From: Halorussus marinus
Lineage (GTDB): Archaea > Halobacteriota > Halobacteria > Halobacteriales > Haladaptataceae
Assembly: GCF_004765795.1 (NCBI RefSeq)
Contig: NZ_SBIV01000011.1
Location: 55,351-75,350, forward strand
Direction: 5' to 3'
DNA length: 20,000 nucleotides
The notes under the pieces were generated by a model. That model was not told the DNA's origin and searched no databases. It worked only from the letters and a program-made list of their open reading frames with translations. Positions 14,788 to 20,000 of the stretch are shown in pieces (position 1 is the stretch's first letter; every line of letters starts with the position of its first letter). Position numbers and translations under genes: made by a program.

Positions 14788-16317
14788 ATGGAATTCAACA
14801 AGCCAAAGCAAACGGTCGCGGAGGCGACGCGAACTACCAACTACGAAGGTGGAGAAGCGTTCGAGCCTGCTGACCCTCGACTCGCACTATACAAGCGCAC
14901 GATCAACCAACTGCTGGAGAACTCGTTCTACGAAACCGATGACGAGCAACTCGCCGCTGTCGTCCGACGGTTCGACGCCGCGGCAGACGAGGATCCGGAG
15001 TTCGTCCTGAAGCTCGCCGCGTACGCGCGGCAGGAACTCTACCTGCGGGACATTCCACAGGTCCTGCTCGTACTGGCAGCCAACGACGACCGGTTCAAGG
15101 ACGACTCCCCCGAGTCGCTCATCCGCGAGTGGGCACCGGCGATCATCCAGCGAATGGACGAGACGGCGACCGCCCTCGCTGTCCACGACCAGCTGTTCGG
15201 CGGAACTGCCCCGTGGCCGCTTCGACGTGGGGTCGAAGACGCGCTCGTCTCGATGGCCGATGCCTACACCCTGGGCAAGTACGAGCTGTCACGGCGTGAG
15301 GTGACGCTGCACGACGTGTTCAATCGCGTCCACCCCAAGCCGGCCGATGCCGACCAGGAGGTGCTGTTCGAGCGGTTCATGCACGGCGACCTCGACGACC
15401 ATCCCAACATCGACCCGTTGCCGTCGCCGAACACCTGGGAGACGGTCATCTCCGAGCGCGGCAACACCCGAGACGCCTGGGAGACGCTCATCGAGGACGA
15501 CGAGTACACGCTGCCGATCTTCGCATCGATCCGGAACCTCCGGAACATGCTCGAAGCCGGCGTCGACGAGGACACCGTCGTGAGTCACCTCGACCTGGAG
15601 GCGGTGCGGCACACGCCACTGTACCCGTTCCGGTACTACCAAGCCTACACCGCGCTCCAGAATGCTGACGTTCAGGCACCAGCGGTTGAGCGGTGGCTGG
15701 AGGACGCAATCGACGTCGCTGTCGAGACGGTGCCTGACGGACTCGGAGACACGTTCGTCGCCGTGGACCTCTCAGGGTCGATGGATATGGCGCTGTCCAA
15801 GAACAGCACGCTTCGCCTGAAGGAGATTGGTGCGTTGTTCGGTGCGATCCTGGCCGACCAAGGTGCCGAGGTCGGCGGGTTCGGTGACGACTTCCAGACC
15901 GTTCCGATGCACGTCGACACGCCAGTACTGCAGCGTCAAGATGCGGTGCTGGCCATCGACGAGGACGTCGGGAACTCGACGAACGGCTGGAAGGCACTAG
16001 AGTATCTTCGTAACCGGGGAGAACCCGTTGAGCGAGTCGTCGTCTTCACCGACATGCAGATCTGGGACAGTACGCCATTCACGGCGCGCGATAACCAGAC
16101 GGTCAAAGCGGCGTTCGATGCGTATCGGAACGAGGTCTCCTCGGACACCGCGTTGTATCTCGTCGATCTCGCGTCCTACGGCGACCTCGTGACGCCGGAA
16201 GGCTACGAGAACGTCTACAACGTCTCCGGCTGGTCGGAGAACGTCCTCTCGTTCATCGAACACGCCGAAAACCCGAAGCAGGTCATCGCTGAAATCGATG
16301 CGTTCGAACCTGCGTAG
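14788..16317 (+). CDS. Ro60/Rsr-like TROVE-domain RNA-binding protein with vWA domain
   Basis: TTNYEGGEAF, LLENSFYE, DPEFVLKLAAYARQELYLRD, TWETVIS, IRNLRNM, PFRYYQAY (TROVE). VAVDLSGSM (MIDAS), VVVFTDMQ and VSGWSE (vWA). Confidence 0.93.
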   Translation: MEFNKPKQTVAEATRTTNYEGGEAFEPADPRLALYKRTINQLLENSFYETDDEQLAAVVRRFDAAADEDPEFVLKLAAYARQELYLRDIPQVLLVLAANDDRFKDDSPESLIREWAPAIIQRMDETATALAVHDQLFGGTAPWPLRRGVEDALVSMADAYTLGKYELSRREVTLHDVFNRVHPKPADADQEVLFERFMHGDLDDHPNIDPLPSPNTWETVISERGNTRDAWETLIEDDEYTLPIFASIRNLRNMLEAGVDEDTVVSHLDLEAVRHTPLYPFRYYQAYTALQNADVQAPAVERWLEDAIDVAVETVPDGLGDTFVAVDLSGSMDMALSKNSTLRLKEIGALFGAILADQGAEVGGFGDDFQTVPMHVDTPVLQRQDAVLAIDEDVGNSTNGWKALEYLRNRGEPVERVVVFTDMQIWDSTPFTARDNQTVKAAFDAYRNEVSSDTALYLVDLASYGDLVTPEGYENVYNVSGWSENVLSFIEHAENPKQVIAEIDAFEPA

Positions 16318-16344
16318 CGTTGTCCTCTCATCTTTCTCCGTCAA

Positions 16345-16417
16345 GCACGAGTAGTGTAGTTCGGTATCACGCGGTCGTGCCACGACCGAGACGGGCGTTC
16401 GAATCGTCCCTCGCGCA
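16345..16417 (+). tRNA. tRNA-Gly(GCC)
   Basis: GCACGAG/CTCGCGC (one A:C mismatch), CGGTC-GTGCCAC-GACCG, GGGCG-TTCGAAT-CGTCC. Starts 27 nt after the Ro60 stop. Confidence 0.87.
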
Positions 16418-16477
16418 CTCGGAGCGCAGCTCGTAGACCAGACAGCCCGAGCGACGCTCTTCAGCAGAGGTGACATC

Positions 16478-16771
16478 ATGGCAATCACCAGTGACAACAA
16501 CCCCGAACCGACGACGACTGCTGTCGTCACGATCCGCATCCCATGTGGCGCAGACAGCGATCTCGTTACCGACGCCGAAGAGCGTCTCTCGCGGGCCGAG
16601 GACATCGAGACCATCACCATTGACGAGCTGCACGGTATCGAGCCGAAGCTTTCGGCAACCACCATCACCGTCGGCATCACCATCCGTTGGACCACGACAT
16701 TGACCGATGCGCAGGTGAGGAGACAGCTCGGCGAGGTCCCTGGCCTTGAGTCAATGGACCGGATCGGATGA
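16478..16771 (+). CDS. Hypothetical protein (97 aa)
   Basis: SD-like GAGGTGA just before the ATG, acidic composition, same strand as the Ro60 locus. Confidence 0.7.
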   Translation: MAITSDNNPEPTTTAVVTIRIPCGADSDLVTDAEERLSRAEDIETITIDELHGIEPKLSATTITVGITIRWTTTLTDAQVRRQLGEVPGLESMDRIG

Positions 16772-16819
16772 GGCGTCATGAACACGCCTCTCCGACGATT
16801 TATGCAGTTTTCTCTCTGT

Positions 16820-17220
16820 ATGAGCAACATAGAACCCGCGGGTGACCGCGGTGAGAAGAAGGAACTCCGTCGGGAGCAACCCAGCGGGTGGCTCTACCTC
16901 CGTGGTTGTCGCTCGGACGGGCTGTCGAAGCAGCAGGGATGTTCCGGGGGAGTTCGAAGCGGTGCTGGAGGACGTCGGCTTGATGCTACTCTACGGACCA
17001 CGCTCAGATGACGAACTCCAGTGAGAAATTGACGTAGACCTCGATCTCGGCGAATAGCTGGTGGACGGGGATCCACAGCCGGGTTTTCTCGACGCGACCG
17101 TCATCAGCAACTACGCTAGCATGAACTCGATCAGAACTCTCGTTTACTCACCCGAATCACCAGTCGTCGTACCCCCAGTCTGTGACGAGATCGAACAAGG
17201 TGCCAACTTCGGTCATCTGG
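16820..17220 (+). pseudogene. Mosaic of decayed genes: HTH-protein N-terminus, UPF0175-like antitoxin fragment and PIN-domain toxin fragment
   Basis: MSNIEPAGDRGEKKELRREQPSGWLYL (truncated); EFEAVLEDVGLMLLYGPRSDDELQ*EIDVDLDLGE*; VFLDATVISNYAS...PVVVPPVCDEIEQG (PIN N-terminal D and E), truncated. Confidence 0.55.
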
Positions 17221-17324
17221 CCTGATCCCTCTACCTGCTCCCAGCCCACTAACTTAGATATATAAGTCGCAGGATTAGGTTAGTGCTAACTAAGGCTTAT
17301 AAGTTTAGAAGATAAGCTAGGGGT

Positions 17325-17924
17325 ATGCTCCTCGAACCGCCCGACAGAACACGCGGCTTCAAACGCGAACGACTCCTCCGCGTCCTTCTCAACCACCCGA
17401 CTGGCGAGCTCAGTAAACGCGCCCTCTCACGGGAAGCAGGCACGACCGACGCGTGGGCTGTCAAGCTAACCAACCAACTCGAAAAGCAGGGACTCATCGA
17501 AGGCACAACCGTCAAAGACCCGCGTGGTCTCTACGAGTACTGGCAAGACACACGCATCGCGCCATCCAAAGTAGCGGTCGCACTTCAGTCACCGGTGAGT
17601 GTGATACAAGACGCTGGCCTCACCCACGCCTTCACGACGTACCAAGCAGAAAACGCCCATCAGGGATTTCTCTTCACCTCCAACACAGCTGTCTACGTAG
17701 ACCCAGACGAGACACAGGACTGGGTCTCGATCATTGAGGAACACGGACTCATCGGCGGCGGGAACACAGAGTTCAGAGTAGCCGACGAACACGTGTTCTA
17801 TAACGCCGAAACCGTTAACGAACTCCAGACAGTCTCCATCCCCCAGTTAATCGTGGATCTTCTGGATGAAGGAGGTCCGTGCGTCGAAGCCGCTGAACGA
17901 CTCATCGAGGCACATCATGAGTGA
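17325..17924 (+). CDS. HTH protein, AbiEi-like antitoxin/regulator
   Basis: N-terminal wHTH (LSKRALSREAGTTDAWAVKLTNQLEKQGLI) and C-terminal VSIPQLIVDLLDEGGPCVEAAERL. Overlaps the downstream NTase gene. Confidence 0.75.
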   Translation: MLLEPPDRTRGFKRERLLRVLLNHPTGELSKRALSREAGTTDAWAVKLTNQLEKQGLIEGTTVKDPRGLYEYWQDTRIAPSKVAVALQSPVSVIQDAGLTHAFTTYQAENAHQGFLFTSNTAVYVDPDETQDWVSIIEEHGLIGGGNTEFRVADEHVFYNAETVNELQTVSIPQLIVDLLDEGGPCVEAAERLIEAHHE

Positions 17925-18744
17925 GGCAGACCGTAGCCAGTACGCCGACGAAGTCACGACGTTTTCCGAATCCGAATTACAGCACCTACTCGAAGTGGCA
18001 GCTCCGCCAGTCTGCCTCCTTGGCGGGTGGGCAGTCCATATTCACGTCACCGATGCCTTCCGTGAGGAGCATGGCCGCTCATACATCGGTTCCAGAGATA
18101 TTGACCTTGGCGTCCACGTCGACTCGGAGTGGGATGCGAATACGCTTCAATCAAAACCAGTTTCCACAACCCTCACGAATATCGAATCCGAGCTTGCGTA
18201 TAACCGAGGGCGATTCGGTTTCTACCAGTATTTCCATCGCACGACGAAGGAAGCACTTAGCGACGAAGACGCAGCAGACTACCCCCAGCACGAGATCTTC
18301 CGTCTCGATATCGATGTCCTTCCAAGCACCACAGAACTCGATTCATTCACTGAGGCGTTTGGATTTCGACCCCCAGCTGACCCCCTCCTCGCTCCAGTAT
18401 TCACTGACAATCAATCAGAGAAACTCAATGAGTTCGTCCCATGGGACGCACCAGCAGACGCCCACTTAGTACCACGACCGATCCTTGCAGCGATGAAGGT
18501 ACGCGCATTCCCAGAACGAGATAAGAGCCACAAGCGATTGAAAGACATAGCTGACTTACACGCCCTCGTATGGTACGGGAGCGACTTCAATCAACTCCGA
18601 AGTGATATCGAGAACCATTTGACACAAGATGATATCACCCGATTCAAAAACGGAACTTCAACCGAACTATTTGCGAGCGCTGCTACGCTCATTGGAGTTG
18701 ATAGAGACGTACTCCAGAACTCGATCCAACAGCTCTTCATTTAG
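17917..18744 (+). CDS. Pol-beta-superfamily nucleotidyltransferase (AbiEii/DUF1814-like toxin)
   Basis: Likely start ATG 17917 (MSEADRSQ). LLGGWAVH...GSRDIDLG, DIDVL, AAMKVRAF...KRLKDIADL motifs. Confidence 0.8.
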   Translation: MSEADRSQYADEVTTFSESELQHLLEVAAPPVCLLGGWAVHIHVTDAFREEHGRSYIGSRDIDLGVHVDSEWDANTLQSKPVSTTLTNIESELAYNRGRFGFYQYFHRTTKEALSDEDAADYPQHEIFRLDIDVLPSTTELDSFTEAFGFRPPADPLLAPVFTDNQSEKLNEFVPWDAPADAHLVPRPILAAMKVRAFPERDKSHKRLKDIADLHALVWYGSDFNQLRSDIENHLTQDDITRFKNGTSTELFASAATLIGVDRDVLQNSIQQLFI

Positions 18745-18941
18745 CCCATCTCACGAAATGGGCTAGCCTGAACGAGAGGCCGATGGCCACACAGGAACGT
18801 CCGACGAATCCACGGGAAGCTCCGAGGCGATTCACCCTGAAGGGCACCCTCCCATGTACCCACGTATGTACGTGAGTACGTACATAGGCCCGTACCCGAG
18901 GCGGAGGTAGGTTTTAGGAAGGGAGTTACTTTGTCGACGGC

Positions 18942-19307
18942 ATGTTTCGACGGTCGTTCCTCAGCGCTCTCTCAGCAGTACCGGTACTCCCACGAATCCT
19001 CGACCGGCCCCATTCAGATCAGCGGCCAGCCGTTCCATCCGAAGGCAGTCTCATGTTCTGGTTCCATTTCTACGGGGCGATCCGACGCGACCGACCCATG
19101 AGTACTGAACGAGCGCGAAAACAGGTAGTGAAGAAGTTGAATCTCCAGAACCTCACCGACGACGAAGCTGTCCGGCTCTTGGAGCTGGCGAACGATGGCG
19201 TGTACGACACCGAGGATATGCCCGGACGATGGAGCAGTGTCTTCGAGGAGGTGGAGGGGAACTTCTCTCGTGAGATCTCATTCCAGACGAGTGACCGCGA
19301 GATATGA
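18942..19307 (+). CDS. Hypothetical protein (121 aa) with possible twin-arginine-like N-terminus
   Basis: MFRRSFLSALSAVPV start and an acidic C-terminal half. No recognisable domain. Confidence 0.5.
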   Translation: MFRRSFLSALSAVPVLPRILDRPHSDQRPAVPSEGSLMFWFHFYGAIRRDRPMSTERARKQVVKKLNLQNLTDDEAVRLLELANDGVYDTEDMPGRWSSVFEEVEGNFSREISFQTSDREI

Positions 19308-19443
19308 CCAAAGCCCCTACCGGAGTCCCGAGGAGTACCTCCTATCGGCCACGGGAGGTTTCTATCAGTATCTATAGATGTGACTGTGGAAAAGCGGGTA
19401 GGCCCAAGACAAGGTCGTCTTGGGCTTTAGGGTATCGTGTGAG

Positions 19444-19519
19444 AGCCAAGGGCCGGATTTGAACCGGCGGTAGGCGGCTCTGCAGGCCGCTGCGTTCGGC
19501 CGGACTCTGCCACCTTGGC
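19444..19519 (-). tRNA. tRNA-Cys(GCA)
   Basis: Reverse complement GCCAAGG...GCGGC-CTGCAGA-GCCGC...GCCGG-TTCAAAT-CCGGC-CCTTGGC-T. Lies downstream of 5S, as is usual in haloarchaeal rrn operons. Confidence 0.97.
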
Positions 19520-19613
19520 GCGTCTGGCGCTAATCGCTCGCTGCGCTTAAGTATAGCGGTCCTCGATCGGATCGACCGCAAACGAGACGGCTGCTGTGGC
19601 TCGCGATCGATAT

Positions 19614-19652
19614 GAAAAAAGCCCGCACGGACACGATGTCCGTGCGGGCTTA
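19614..19652 (-). terminator. Hairpin plus T-run downstream of 5S rRNA
   Basis: AAGCCCGCACGGACA-CGA-TGTCCGTGCGGGCTT perfect inverted repeat, followed on the minus strand by TTTTTT. Confidence 0.6.
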
Positions 19653-19666
19653 ACACCTATGAATGG

Positions 19667-19787
19667 CAGGCGGCGAATCGAATTTCCCAGAGGGTCGCCC
19701 ACTCCAGTACTCCTCGATACGCAGGCGGGCTTAACTTCCGTGTTCGGGATGGGTACGGGTGTCGCCCCGCCGCTCTGGCCGCCTTAA
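19667..19787 (-). rRNA. rrf: 5S rRNA
   Basis: Reverse complement TTAAGGCGGCCAGAGCGGCGGGG...CCCGTACCCATCCCGAACACGGAAGTTAAG...GGGAAATTCGATTCGCCGCCT. Confidence 0.97.
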
Positions 19788-19919
19788 CGCCGACTCGCGG
19801 AATCGAACCGCGACCAACTGACCACAGTCGGTGATTCGACGATTCCTAACAACCGTATGGTACGTGCAATCCAGTTTGCGCCTGGATCCGAGCAATCCGG
19901 ATCCCAGTGCGAGTCAAAT

Positions 19920-20000
19920 GAGTGTGTGGCTTCGACCTGTTAGTGCTCGCGGACTCAACGCCTCGTTGCCTCGGCGCGTACATCCCGAGTCTATCGAACT
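19920..20000 (-). rRNA. rrl: 23S rRNA, 3' end (partial)
   Basis: Reverse complement AGTTCGATAGACTCGGGATGTACGCGCCGAGGCAACGAGGCGTTGAGTCCGCGAGCACTAACAGGTCGAAGCC matches the archaeal 23S 3' terminus. Exact end approximate. Confidence 0.93.

Noticed and set aside
11831..14840. Numerous 60-157 aa ORFs on both strands across the RNA array
   Set aside because: They overlap clear tRNA or structured RNA genes and are Arg/Ser/Pro-rich rather than acidic. Only the 46-aa CPxC ORF was kept.
19444..19470. tRNA-Cys 3' end as the integration site (att) of the island
   Set aside because: I saw no integrase and no duplicate of the tRNA 3' end in this window. It could lie outside the window.

Overview
GC-rich haloarchaeal DNA (acidic proteins, haloarchaeal-type 5S/23S rRNA) that looks like an accessory region running up to the 3' end of an rRNA operon (23S end, 5S, tRNA-Cys, all minus strand, 19444-20000). 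From left to right: a translationally coupled AdnAB/AddAB-like helicase-nuclease trio, an ATPase pseudogene, a small conserved gene, a large N6-adenine DNA methyltransferase, a double-HTH regulator and an IS1341-type tnpB element. A roughly 4.6 kb plus-strand RNA-rich locus follows (about 11830-16420). It has a TATA box, a 450-nt hairpin-rich leader, 16 tRNA or tRNA-like genes, several unassigned structured RNAs and a Ro60/TROVE gene. Main finding: three tandem Y-RNA-like RNAs lie just upstream of the Ro60 gene. One has a complete circularly permuted YrlA-type tRNA domain. All three share the motif NCGA-(9-bp stem)-WTSCTTCR ... AGTTTYC. The same motif, circularly permuted, is inserted in an otherwise normal tRNA with a TGT anticodon. 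Together this suggests an archaeal Ro60/Y-RNA system including a tRNA-Y RNA chimera. Downstream are decayed toxin-antitoxin remnants and an AbiE-like HTH/nucleotidyltransferase pair. All RNA structures were paired by eye and no database searches were run.
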